Shown here piece after piece: positions 1 through 13,118 of a stretch of 64,000 nt of DNA (position 1 is the first letter of the stretch; each line of letters begins with the position of its first letter). This stretch comes from Squalus acanthias (taxonomy: Eukaryota). Position numbers and translations under genes: made by a program. The stretch spans positions 136,340,001 to 136,404,000 of the forward strand of contig CM059431.1 in NCBI GenBank assembly GCA_030390025.1. The letters are read 5' to 3'. The notes under the pieces are model-generated. The model saw nothing but the letters and a program-made list of their open reading frames with translations. It searched no databases and was not told the DNA's origin.

Positions 1-3000
1 TCTACTCCTGTAGTGGTCTGTGATGATTCTACTCCTGTAGTGGTCTGTGATGATTCTACTCCTGTAGTGGTCTGTGATGATCTACTCCTGTAGTGGTCTG
101 TGATGATTCTACTCCTGTAGTGGTCTGTGATGATCTACTCCTGTAGTGGTCTGTGATGATTCTACTCCTGTAGTGGTCTGTGATGATCTACTCCTGTAGT
201 GGTCTGTGATGATCCTACTCCTGTAGTGGTCTGTGATGATTCTACTCCTGTAGTGGTCTGTGATGATTCTACTCCTGTAGTGGTCTGTGATGATTCTACT
301 CCTGTAGTGGTCTGTGATGATCCTACTCCTGTAGTGGTCTGTGATGATTCTACTCCTGTAGTGGTCTGTGATGATTCTACTCCTGTAGTGGTCTGTGATG
401 ATTCTACTCCTGTAGTGGTCTGTGATGATCTACTCCTGTAGTGGTCTGTGATGATTCTACTCCTGTAGTGGTCTGTGATGATTCTACTCCTGTAGTGGTC
501 TGTGATGATTCTACTCCTGTAGTGGTCTGTGATGATTCTACTCCTGTAGTGGTCTGTGATGATTCTACTCCTGTAGTGGTCTGTGATGATTCTACTCCTG
601 TAGTGGTCTGTGATGATTCTACTCCTGTAGTGGTCTGTGATGATTCTACTCCTGTAGTGGTCTGTGATGATTCTACTCCTGTAGTGGTCTGTGATGATTC
701 TACTCCTGTAGTGGTCTGTGATGATTCTACTCCTGTAGTGGTCTGTGATGATTCTACTCCTGTAGTGGTCTGTGATGATTCTACTCCTGTAGTGGTCTGT
801 GATGATTCTACTCCTGTAGTGGTCTGTGATGATTCTACTCCTGTAGTGGTCTGTGATGATTCTACTCCTGTAGTGGTCTGTGATGATTCTACTCCTGTAG
901 TGGTCTGTGATGATTCCTACTCCTGTAGTGGTCTGTGATGATTCTACTCCTGTAGTGGTCTGTGATGATTCTACTCCTGTAGTGGTCTGTGATGATTCTA
1001 CTCCTGTAGTGGTCTGTGATGATTCTACTCCTGTAGTGGTCTGTGATGATTCTACTCCTGTAGTGGTCTGTGATGATCCTACTCCTGTAGTGGTCTGTGA
1101 TGATTCTACTCCTGTAGTGGTCTGTGATGATTCTACTCCTGTAGTGGTCTGTGATGATTCTACTCCTGTAGTGGTCTGTGATGATTCTACTCCTGTAGTG
1201 GTCTGTGATGATCCTACTCCTGTAGTGGTCTGTGATGATTCTACTCCTGTAGTGGTCTGTGATGATTCTACTCCTGTAGTGGTCTGTGATGATCTACTCC
1301 TGTAGTGGTCTGTGATGATTCTACTCCTGTAGTGGTCTGTGATGATTCTACTCCTGTAGTGGTCTGTGATGATTCTACTCCTGTAGTGGTCTGTGATGAT
1401 TCTACTCCTGTAGTGGTCTGTGATGATTCTACTCCTGTAGTGGTCTGTGCTGATTCTACTCCTGTAGTGGTCTGTGATGATTCTACTCCTGTAGTGGTCT
1501 GTGATGATTCTACTCCTGTAGTGGTCTGTGATGATTCTACTCCTGTAGTGGTCTGTGATGATTCTACTCCTGTAGTGGTCTGTGATGATTCTACTCCTGT
1601 AGTGGTCTGTGATGATTCTACTCCTGTAGTGGTCTGTGATGATTCTATTCCTGTAGTGGTTTGTGATGATTCTACTCCTGTAGTGGTCTGTGATGATTCT
1701 ACTCCTGTCGTGGTCTGTGATGATTCTACTCCTGCAGTGGTCTGTGATGATTCTACTCCTGTAGTGGTCTGTGATGATTCCACTCCTGTAGTGGTCTGTG
1801 ATGATTCTACTCCTGCAGTGGTCTGTGACGATTCTACTCCTGTAGTGGTCTGTGATGATTCTACTCCTGTAGTGGTCTGTGATGATTCTATTCCTGTAGT
1901 GGTCTGTGATGATTCTACTCCTGTAGTGGTCTGTGATGATCCTATTCCTGTAGTGGTCTGTGATGATTCTACTCCTGTAGTGGTCTCTGATGATTCTACT
2001 CCTGTAGTGATCTATAATGATTCTACTCCTGTAGTGGTCTGTGATGATTCTACTCCTGTAGTGGTCTGTGATGATCCTACTCCTGTAGTGGTCTGTGATG
2101 ATTCTACTCCTGTAGTAGTCTGTGATGTTTCTACTCCTGGAGTGGTCTGTGATGATTCTCCTGTAGTGGTCTGCGATGATCCTACTCCTGTAGTGGTCTG
2201 TGATGATTCTACTCCTGTAGTGGTCTGTGATGATTCTACTCCTCTAATGGTCTGTGATGTTTCTACTCCTGTAGTGGTCTGTGATGATCCTACTCCTGTA
2301 GTGGTCTGTGCTGATTCTACTCCTGTAGTGGTCTGGGATGATCCTATTCCTGTAGTGGTCTGTGATGGTTCTACTCCTGTAGTGGTCTGTGATAATTCTA
2401 CTCCTGTAGTTGTCTGTGATGATCCTACTCCTGTAGTGGTCTGTGCTGATTCTACTCCTATAGTGCTCTGGGATAATCTTACTCCTGTAGTGGTCTGTGA
2501 TGATTCTACTCCTGTTGTGGTCTGTGATGATCCTACTCCTGTAGTGGTTTGTGATGATTCTGCTCCTGTAGTGGTCTGTGATGATCCTACTCCTGTAGTG
2601 GTTTGTGATGATTCTACTCCTGTGATGGTCTGTGATGATCCTACTCCTGTAGTGGTCTGTGATGATCCTACTCCTGTAGTGGTCTGTGATGATTCTACTC
2701 CTGTAGTGGTCTGTGATGAATTTACTCCTGTAGTGGTCTGTGATGATTCTACTACTGTAGTGGTCTGTGATGATCCTACTCCTGTAGTTGTCTGTGATGA
2801 TTCTACTCCTGTAGTGGTCTGTGATGATTCTACTCCTGTAGTGGTCTGTGATGATTCTACTCCTGTGGTGGTCTGTGATGATCCTATGGCTGTAGTGGTC
2901 TGTGATGATTCTACTCCTGTAGTGGTCTGTGATGATTCTACTCCTGCAGTGGTCTGTGGTGATTCTACTCCTGTAGTGGTCTGTGATGATTCTACTCCTG

Positions 3001-6000
3001 TAGTGGTCTGTGATGATTCTACTGTAGTGGTCTGTGGCGATTCTACTCCTGTAGTGGTCTGTGATGATTCTACTCCTGTAGTGGTCTGTGATGATTCTAC
3101 TCCTGTAGTGGTCTGTGATGATTCTACTCCTGTAGTGGTCTGTGATGATTCTACTCCTGTCGTGGTCTGTGATGATTCTACTCCTGTAGTGGTCTGTGAT
3201 GATTCTACTCCTGTAGTGGTCTGCGATGATTCTGTTCCTGTAGTGGTTTGTGATGATTCTACTCCTGTAGTGGTCTGTGATGATTCTACTCCTGTCGTGG
3301 TCTGTGATGATTCTACTCCTGCAGTGGTCTGTGATGATTCTACTCCTGTAGTGGTCTGTGATGATTCCACTCCTGTAGTGGTCTGTGATGATTCTACTCC
3401 TGCAGTGGTCTGTGACGATTCTACTCCTGTAGTGGTCTGTGATGATTCTACTCCTGTAGTGGTCTGTGATGATTCTATTCCTGTAGTGGTCTGTGATGAT
3501 TCTACTCCTGTAGTGGTCTGTGATGATCCTATTCCTGTAGTGGTCTGTGATGATTCTACTCCTGTAGTGGTCTCTGATGATTCTACTCCTGTAGTGATCT
3601 ATAATGATTCTACTCCTGTAGTGGTCTGTGATGATTCTACTCCTGTAGTGGTCTGTGATGATCCTACTCCTGTAGTGGTCTGTGATGATTCTACTCCTGT
3701 AGTGGTCTGTGATGTTTCTACTCCTGTAGTGGTCTGTGATGATTCTCCTGTAGTGGTCTGCGATGATCCTACTCCTGTAGTGGTCTGTGATGATTCTACT
3801 CCTGTAGTGGTCTGTGATGATTCTACTCCTCTACTGGTCTGTGATGTTTCTACTCCTGTAGTGGTCTGTGATGATCCTACTCCTGTAGTGGTCTGTGCTG
3901 ATTCTACTCCTGTAGTGGTCTGGGATGATCCTATTCCTGTAGTGGTCTGTGATGGTTCTACTCCTGTAGTGGTCTGTGATAATTCTACTCCTGTAGTTGT
4001 CTGTGATGATCCTACTCCTGTAGTGGTCTGTGCTGATTCTACTCCTATAGTGCTCTGGGATAATCCTACTCCTGTAGTGGTCTGTGATGATACTACTCCT
4101 GTTGTGGTCTGTGATGATCCTACTCCTGTAGTGGTCTGTGATGATTCTACTCCTGTAGTGGTCTGTGATTATTCTACTCCTGTTGTGGTCTGTGATGATC
4201 CTACTCCTGTAGTGGTGTGTGATGATTCTACTCCTGTAGTGGGCTGTGATGATTCTACTGCTGTATTGGTCTGTGATGATTCTACTCCTGTAGTGGTTTG
4301 TGATGATTCTACTCCTGTAGTGGTCTGTGGTGATCCCACTTCTGTAGTGGTCTGTGATGATTCTACTCCTGTAGTGGTCTGTGATGATTCTACACCTGTA
4401 ATGGTGTGTGATGATTCTACTCCTGTAGTTGTCTTTGATGATCCTATTCCTGTAGTGGTCTGTGATGATTCTACTCCTGTTGTGGTCTGTGTTGATCCTA
4501 TGCCTGTAGTGATCTGTGATGATTCTGCTCCTGTAGTGGTCTGTGATTGTTCTACTCCTGTAGTGGACTGTGATGATTCTACTCCGGTAGTGGTCTGTGA
4601 TGATTCTACACCTGTAGTGGTCTGTGATGATCCTACTCCTGTAGTGGTCTCTGATGATTCTACTCCTGTAGTGGTCTGTGATGATTCTACTCCTGTAGTG
4701 GTCTGTGATGATTCTACTCCTGTAGTGTTCTGTGATGATCCTACTCCTGTAGTGGTCTGTGATGATTCTGCTCCTGTAGTGTTCTGTGATGTTTCTACTC
4801 CTGTAGTGGTCTGTGATGATTCTACTCCTGTAGTGGTCTGTGATGATTCTACTCTTGTAGTGGTCTGTGATGATTCTACTCCTGTAGTGGTCTGTGATGA
4901 TTCTACACCTGTAGTGGTCTGTGATGATCCTACTCCTGCAGTGGTCTGTGATGATTCTACTCCTGTAGTGTCTGTGATGTTTCTACTCCTGTAGTGGTCT
5001 GTGATGATTCTACACCTGTAGTGGTCTGTGATGATTCTACTCCTGTAGTGGTCTGTGATGATCCTACTCCTGTAGTGGTCTGTGATGATCGTACTCCTGT
5101 AGTGGTCTGTGATGATTCTACTCCTGTAGTGGTCTGTGATGATTCTACTCCTGTAGTGGTCTGTGATGCTTCTACTCCTGTATTGGTCTGTGATGATTCT
5201 ACTCCTGTAGTGGTCTGTGATGATCCTACTCCTGTAGTGATCTGTGATGATTCTACTCCTGTTGTGATCTATGATGATTCTACTCCTGTAGTGGTCTGTG
5301 ATGATTCTACTCCTGTAGTGGTCTGTGATGATCCTACTCCTGTAGTGGTCTGTGATGATTCTACTCCTGTAGTGGTCTGTGATGATTCTACTCCTGTAGT
5401 GGTCTGTGATGATTCTCCTGTAGTGGTCTGTGATGATCCTACTCCTGTAGTGGTCTGTGATGATTCTACACCTGTAGTGGGCTGTGATGATTCTACTCCT
5501 GTAGTGGTCTGTGATGATTCTACTCCTGTAGTGGTCTGTGATGATCCTACTCCTGTAGTGGTCTGTGCTGATTCTACTCCTGTAGTGGTCTGGGATGATC
5601 CTATTCCTGTAGTGGTCTGTGATGGTTCTACTCCTGTAGTGGTCTGTGATAATTCTGCTCCTGTAGTGGTCTGTTATGATCCTACTCCTGTAGTGGTCTG
5701 TGCTGATTCTACTCCTGCAGTGCTCTGGGATAATCCCACTCCCGTAGTTGTCTGTGATGATTCTACTCCCGTAGTGGTCTGTGATGATCCTACTCCTGTA
5801 GTGGTCTGTGATGATTCTACTCCTGTAGTGGTCTGTGATTATTCTGCTCCTGTTGTGGTCTGTGATGATTCTACTCCTGTATTGGTGTGTGATGATTCTA
5901 CTCCTGTAGTGGTCTGTGATGTTTCTACTGCTGTATTGGTCTGTGATGATTCTACTCCTGTAGTGGTTTGTGATGATTCTGCTCCTGTAGTGGTTTGTGA

Positions 6001-9000
6001 TGATTCTGCTCCTGTAGTGGTCTGTGATGATCCTACTGCTGTAGTGGTCTCTGATGATTCTACTCCTGTAGCGGTCTGTGCTGATTCTACTCCTGTAGTG
6101 GTATGTGATGATTCTAATCCTGTAGTATTCTGTGATGATCCTACTCCTGTAGTGGTCTGTGATGATTCTACTCCTGTAGTGGTCTGTGATGATTCTACTC
6201 CTGTAGTGGTCTGTGATGATTCTACTCCTGTAGTGGTCTGTGATGATTCTACTCCTGTAGTGGTCTGTGATGATTCTACTCCTGTAGTGGTCTGTGATGA
6301 TTCTACTCCTGTAGTGGTCTGTGATGATCCACTCTGTAGTGGTCTGTGATGATTCTACTCCTGTAGTGGTCTGTGATGATTCTACTCCTGTAGTGGTCTG
6401 TGATGATTCTACTCCTGTAGTTGTCTTTGATGATCCTATTCCTGTAGTGGTCTGTGATGATTCTACTCCTGTAGTGGTCTGTGATGATCCTACTCCTGTA
6501 GTGGTCTGTGATGATTCTACTCCTGTAGTGGTCTGTGATGATTCTACTCCTGTAGTGGTCTGTGATGATTCTACTCCTGTAGTGGTCTGTGATGATTCTA
6601 CTCCTGTAGTGGTCTGTGATGATCCTACTCCTGTAGTGGTCTGTGATGATTCTACTCCTGTAGTGGTCTGTGATGATTCTACTCCTGTAGTGGTCTGTGA
6701 TGATTCTACTCCTGTAGTATTCTGTGATGATCCTACTCCTGTAGTGGTCTGTGATGATTCTACTCCTGTAGTGGTCTGTGATGATTCTACTCCTGTAGTG
6801 GTCTGTGATGATTCTATTCCTGTAGTGGTCTGTGATGATTCTACTACTGTAGTGGTCTGTGATGATTCTACACCTGTAGTGGTCTGTGATGATTCTACTC
6901 CTGTAGTGGTCTGTGATGATTCTACTCCTGTAGTGGTCTGTGATGATTCTACTCCTGTAGTGGTCTGTGATGATTCTACTCCTGTAGTGGTCTGTGATGA
7001 TTCTACTCCTGTAGTGGTCTGTGATGATTCTACTCCTGTAGTGGTCTGTGATGATCCTACTCCTGTAGTGGTCTGTGATGATTCTACTCCTGTAGTGGTC
7101 TGTGATGATTCTTCTCCTGTAGTGGTCTGTGATGATTCTACTCCTGTAGTGGTCTGTGATGATCCTACTCCTGTAGTGGTCTGTGATGATTCTACTCCTG
7201 TAGTGGTCTGTGATGATTCTACACCTGTAGTGGTCTGTGATGATTCTACTCCTGTAGTGGTCTGTGATGATCCTACTCTGTAGTGGTCTCTGATGATTCT
7301 ACTCCTGTAGTGGTCTGTGATGATTCTACTCCTGTAGTGGTCTGTGATGATCCTACTCCTGTAGTGGTCTGTGATGATTCTACTACTGTAGTGGTCTGTG
7401 ATGATTCTACTCCTGTAGTGGTCTGTGATGATTCTACTCCTGTAGTGGTCTGTGATGATTCTACTCCTGTAGTGGTCTGTGATGATCCTACTCCTGTAGT
7501 GGTCTGTGATGATTCTACTCCTGTAGTGGTCTGTGATGATTCTACTCCTGTAGTGCTCTGTGATGATTCTACTCCTGTAGTGGTCTGTGATGATCCTACT
7601 CCTGTAGTGGTCTGTGATGATTCTACTCCTGTAGTGGTCTGTGATGATTCTACTCCTGTAGTGGTCTGTGATGATTCTACTCCTGTAGTGGTCTGTGACG
7701 ATTCTACTCCTGTAGTGGTCTGTGATGATTCTACTCCTGTAGTGGTCTGTGATGATTCTACTCCTGTAGTGGTCTGTGATAATTCTACTCCTGTAGTTGT
7801 CTGTGATGATCCTACTCCTGTAGTGGTCTGTGCTGATTCTACACCTATAGTGCTCTGGGATAATCCTACTCCTGTAGTGGTCTGTGATGATACTACTCCT
7901 GTTGTGGTCTGTGATGATCCTACTCCTGTAGTGGTCTGTGATGATTCTACTCCTGTAGTGGTCTGTGATTATTCTACTCCTGTTGTGGTCTGTGATGATC
8001 CTACTCCTGTAGTGGTGTGTGATGATTCTACTCCTGTAGTGGGCTGTGATGATTCTACTGCTGTATTGGTCTGTGATGATTCTACTCCTGTAGTGGTTTG
8101 TGATGATTCTACTCCTGTAGTGGTCTGTGGTGATCCCACTTCTGTAGTGGTCTGTGATGATTCTACTCCTGTAGTGGTCTGTGATGATTCTACACCTGTA
8201 ATGGTGTGTGATGATTCTACTCCTGTAGTTGTCTTTGATGATCCTATTCCTGTAGTGGTCTGTGATGATTCTACTCCTGTTGTGGTCTGTGTTGATCCTA
8301 TGCCTGTAGTGATCTGTGATGATTCTGCTCCTGTAGTGGTCTGTGATTGTTCTACTCCTGTAGTGGACTGTGATGATTCTACTCCGGTAGTGGTCTGTGA
8401 TGATTCTACACCTGTAGTGGTCTGTGATGATCCTACTCCTGTAGTGGTCTGTGATGATTCTACTCCTGTAGTGGTCTGTGATGATTCTACTCCTGTAGTG
8501 GTCTGTGATGATTCTACTCCTGTAGTATTCTGTGATGATCCTACTCCTGTAGTGGTCTGTGATGATTCTGCTCCTGTAGTGTTTTGTGATGTTTCTACTT
8601 CTGTAGTGGTCTGTGATGATTCTATTCCTGTAGTGGTCTGTGATGATTCTACTCTTGTAGTGGTCTGTGATGATTCTACACCTGTACTGGTCTGTGATGA
8701 TTCTACAACTGTAGTGGTCTGTGATGATCCTACTCCTGCAGTGGTCTGTGATAATTCTACTCCTGTAGTGATCTGTGATGTTTCTACTCCTGTAGTGGTC
8801 TGTGATGATTCTACACCTGTAGTGGTCTGTGATAATTCTACTCCTGTAGTGGTCTGTGATGATCCTACTCCTGTAGTGGTCTGTGATGATCGTACACCTG
8901 TCGTGGTCTGTGATGATTCTACTCCTGTAGTGGGCTGTGATGATTCTACTCCTGTAGTGGTCTGTGATGCTTCTACTCCTGTATTGGTCTGTGATGATTC

Positions 9001-12000
9001 TACTCCTGTAGTGGTCTGTGATGATCCTACTCCTGTAGTGATCTGTGATGATTCTACTCCTGTTGTGATCTATGATGATTCTACTCCTGTAGTGGTCTGT
9101 GATGATTCTACTCCTGTAGTGGTCTGTGATGATCCTACTCCTGTAGTGGTCTGTGATGATTCTACTCCTGTAGTGGTCTGTGATGATTCTACTCCTGTAG
9201 TGGTCTGTGATGATTCTCCTGTAGTGGTCTGTGATGATCCTACTCCTGTAGTGGTCTGTGATGATTCTACACCTGTAGTGGGCTGTGATGATTCTACTCC
9301 TGTAGTGGTCTGTGATGATTCTACTCCTGTAGTGGTCTGTGATGATCCTACTCCTGTAGTGGTCTGTGCTGATTCTACTCCTGTAGTGGTCTGGGATGAT
9401 CCTATTCCTGTAGTGGTCTGTGATGGTTCTACTCCTGTAGTGGTCTGTGATAATTCTGCTCCTGTAGTGGTCTGTTATGATCCTACTCCTGTAGTGGTCT
9501 GTGCTGATTCTACTCCTGCAGTGCTCTGGGATAATCCCACTCCCGTAGTTGTCTGTGATGATTCTACTCCCGTAGTGGTCTGTGATGATCCTACTCCTGT
9601 AGTGGTCTGTGATGATTCTACTCCTGTAGTGGTCTGTGATTATTCTGCTCCTGTTGTGGTCTGTGATGATTCTACTCCTGTATTGGTGTGTGATGATTCT
9701 ACTCCTGTAGTGGTCTGTGATGTTTCTACTGCTGTAGTGGTCTGTGATGATTCTACTCCTGTAGTGGTCTGTGATGATTCTGCTCCTGTAGTGGTTTGTG
9801 ATGATTCTGCTCCTGTAGTGGTCTGTGATGATCCTACTGCTGTAGTGGTCTCTGATGATTCTACTCCTGTAGCGGTCTGTGCTGATTCTACTCCTGTAGT
9901 GGTCTGTGATGATTCTAATCCTGTAGTATTCTGTGATGATCCTACTCCTGTAGTGGTCTGTGATGATTCTACTCCTGTAGTGGTCTGTGATGATTCTACT
10001 CCTGTAGTGGTCTGTGATGATTCTATTCCTGTAGTGGTCTGTGATGATTCTACTACTGTCGTGGTCTGTGATGATTCTACTCCTGTAGTGGTCTGTGATG
10101 ATTCTACTCCTGTAGTGGTCTGTGATTATTCTACTACTGTTGTGGTCTGTGATGATTCTACTCCTGTCGTGGTGTGTGATGATTCTACTGCTGCAGTGGG
10201 CTGTGATGATTCTCCTGCTGTATTGGTATGTGATGATTCTACTCCTGTAGTGGTTTGTGATGATTCTACTCCTGTAGTGGTCTGTGGTGATCCCACTTCT
10301 GTAGTGGTCTGTGATGATTCTACTCCTGTAGTGGTCTGTGATGATTCTACACCTGTAGTGGTCTGTGATGATTCTACTCCTGTAGTTGTCTTTGATGATC
10401 CTATTCCTGTAGTGGTCTGTGATGATTCTACTCCTGTAGTGGTCTGTGTTGATCCTATGCCTGTAGTGGTCTGTGATGATTCTACTCCTGTAGTGGTCTG
10501 TGATGATTCTACTCCGGTAGTGGTCTGTGATGATTCTACTCCTGTAGTGGTCTGTGATGATCCTACTCCTGTAGTGGTCTCTGATAATTCTACTCCTGTA
10601 GTGGTCTGTGATGATTCTACTCCTGTAGAGGTCTGTGATGATTCTACTCCTGTAGTATTCTGTGATGATCCTACTCCTGTAGTGGTCTGTGATGATTCTA
10701 CTCCTGTAGTGGTCTGTGATGATTCTACTCCTGTAGTGGTCTGCGATGATTCTATTCCTGTAGTGGTCTGTGATGATTCTACTACTGTAGTGGTCTGTGA
10801 TGATTCTACACCTGTAGTGGTCTGTGATGATTCTACTCCTGTAGTGATCTGTGATGATTCTACTCCTGTAGTGGTCTGTGATGATTCTACACCTGTAGTG
10901 GTCTGTGATGATTCTACTCCTGTAGTGGTCTGTGATGCTCCTACTCCTGTAGTTGTCTGTGATGACTTTACTCCTGTAGTGGTCTGTGATGATCCTACTC
11001 CTGTAGTGGTCTGTGATGATTCTACTCCTGTAGTGATCTATAATGATTCTTCTCCTGTAGTGTTCTGTGATGATTCTACTCCTGTAGTGGTCTGTGATGA
11101 TCCTAATCCTGTAGTGGTCTGTGATGATTCTACTACTGTAGTGGTCTGTGATGATTCTACACCTGTAGTGGTCTGTGATGATTCTACTCCTGTAGTGGTC
11201 TGTGGTGATCCCACTTCTGTAGTGGTCTCTGATGATTCTACTCCTGTAGTGGGCTGTGATGATTCTCCTGCTGTATTGGTATGTGATGATTCTACTCCTG
11301 TAGTGGTTTGTGATGATTCTGCTCCTGTAGTGGTCTGTGATGATTCTACTCCTGTAGTGGTCTGTGATGATCCTACTGCTGTAGTGGTCTCTGATGATTC
11401 TACTCCTGTAGCGGTCTGTGCTGATTCTACTCCTGTAGAGGTTTGTGATGATTCTACTCCTGTAGTATTCTGTGATGATCCTACTCCTGTAGTGGTCTGT
11501 GATGGTTCTACTCCTGTAGTGGTCTGTGATTATTCTACTCCTGTAGTGGTCTGTGATGATTCTATTCCTGTTGTGGTCTGTGATGATTCTACTACTGTCG
11601 TGGTCTGTGATGATTCTACACCTGTAGTGGTCTGTGATGATTCTACTCCTGTAGTGGTCTGTGATTATTCTACTACTGTTGTGGTCTGTGATGATTCTAC
11701 TCCTGTAGTGGTGTGTGATGATTCTACTCCTGTAGTGGGCTGTGGTGATTCTCCTGCTGTGTTGGTATGTGATGATTCTACTCCTGTAGTGGTTTGTGAT
11801 GATTCTACTCCTGTAGTGGTCTGTGGTGATTCCACTTCTGTAGTGGTCTGTGATGATTCTACTCCTGTAGTGGTCTGTGATGATTCTACACCTGTAGTGG
11901 TCTGTGATGATTCTACTCCTGTAGTTGTCTTTGATGATCCTATTCCTGTAGTGGTCTGTGATGATTCTACTCCTGTAGTGGTCTCTGTTGATCCTATGCC

Positions 12001-12922
12001 TGTAGTGGTCTGTGATGATTCTACTACTGTAGTGGTCTGTGATGTTTCTACTCCTGTACTGGTCTGTGATGATTCTACTCCGGTAGTGGTCTGTGATGAT
12101 TCTACTCCTGTAGTGGTCTGTGATGATCCTACTCCTGTAGTGGTCTCTGATAATTCTACTCCTGTAGTGGTCTGTGATGATTCTACTCCTGTAGAGGTCT
12201 GTGATGATTCTACTCCTGTAGTATTCTGTGATGATCCTACTCCTGTAGTGGTCTGTGATGATTCTACTCCTGTAGTGGTCTGTGATGATTCTACTCCTGT
12301 AGTGGTCTGTGATGATTCTACTACTGTAGTGGTCTGTGACGATCCTACTCCTGTAGTGGTCTGTGATGATTCTACTCCTGTAGTGATCTGTGATGATTCT
12401 ACTCCTAAGTGGGCTGTGATGATTCTACACCTGTAGTGGTCTGTGATGATTCTACTCCTGTAGTGCTCTGTGATGCTCCTACTCCTGTAGTTGTCTGTGA
12501 TGACTTTACTCCTGTAGTGGTCTGTGATGATCCTACTCCTATAGTGGTCTGTGATGATTCTACTCCTGTAGTGATCTATAATGATTCTACTCCTGTAGTG
12601 GTCTGTGATGATTCTACTCCTGTCGTGGTCTGTGATGATCCTACTCCTGTAATGGTCTGTGATGATTCTACTCCTGTAGTGGTCTGTGATGATTCTACTC
12701 CTGTAGTGGTCTGTGATGATTCTCCTGTAGTGGTCTGTGATGATCCTACTCCTGTAGTGGTCTGTGATGATTCTACTCCTGTAGTGGTCTGTGATGATTC
12801 TACTCCTCTAGTGGTCTGTGATGTTTCTACTCCTGTAGTGGTCTGTGATGATCCTACTCCTGTAGTGGTCTGTGCTGATTCTACTCCTGTAGTGTCTGGG
12901 ATGATCCTATTCCTGTAGTGGT
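1..12922. repeat. 27-bp tandem satellite (consensus TCTACTCCTGTAGTGGTCTGTGATGAT), block 1; runs off the left edge
   Basis: Continuous head-to-tail 27-mers with point variants and occasional 24-bp and 26-bp units; ends at ...cctgtagtggt, directly before the CR1 tail. Confidence 0.99.
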
Positions 12923-13118
12923 ACATAGATACATAGATACATAGAAGATAGGAGCAGGAGTAGGCCATCCGGCCCTTCGAGCCTGCTCCGCCATTTAATG
13001 AGATCATGGCTGATCCTCCAATTCAGTATCCCGTCCCCGCCTTCTCTCCGTAACCCTTAACCCCTTTTGCCTGTAGAAATATATCTAATTCCCTCTTAAA
13101 TATATTTAATGAGCTGGC

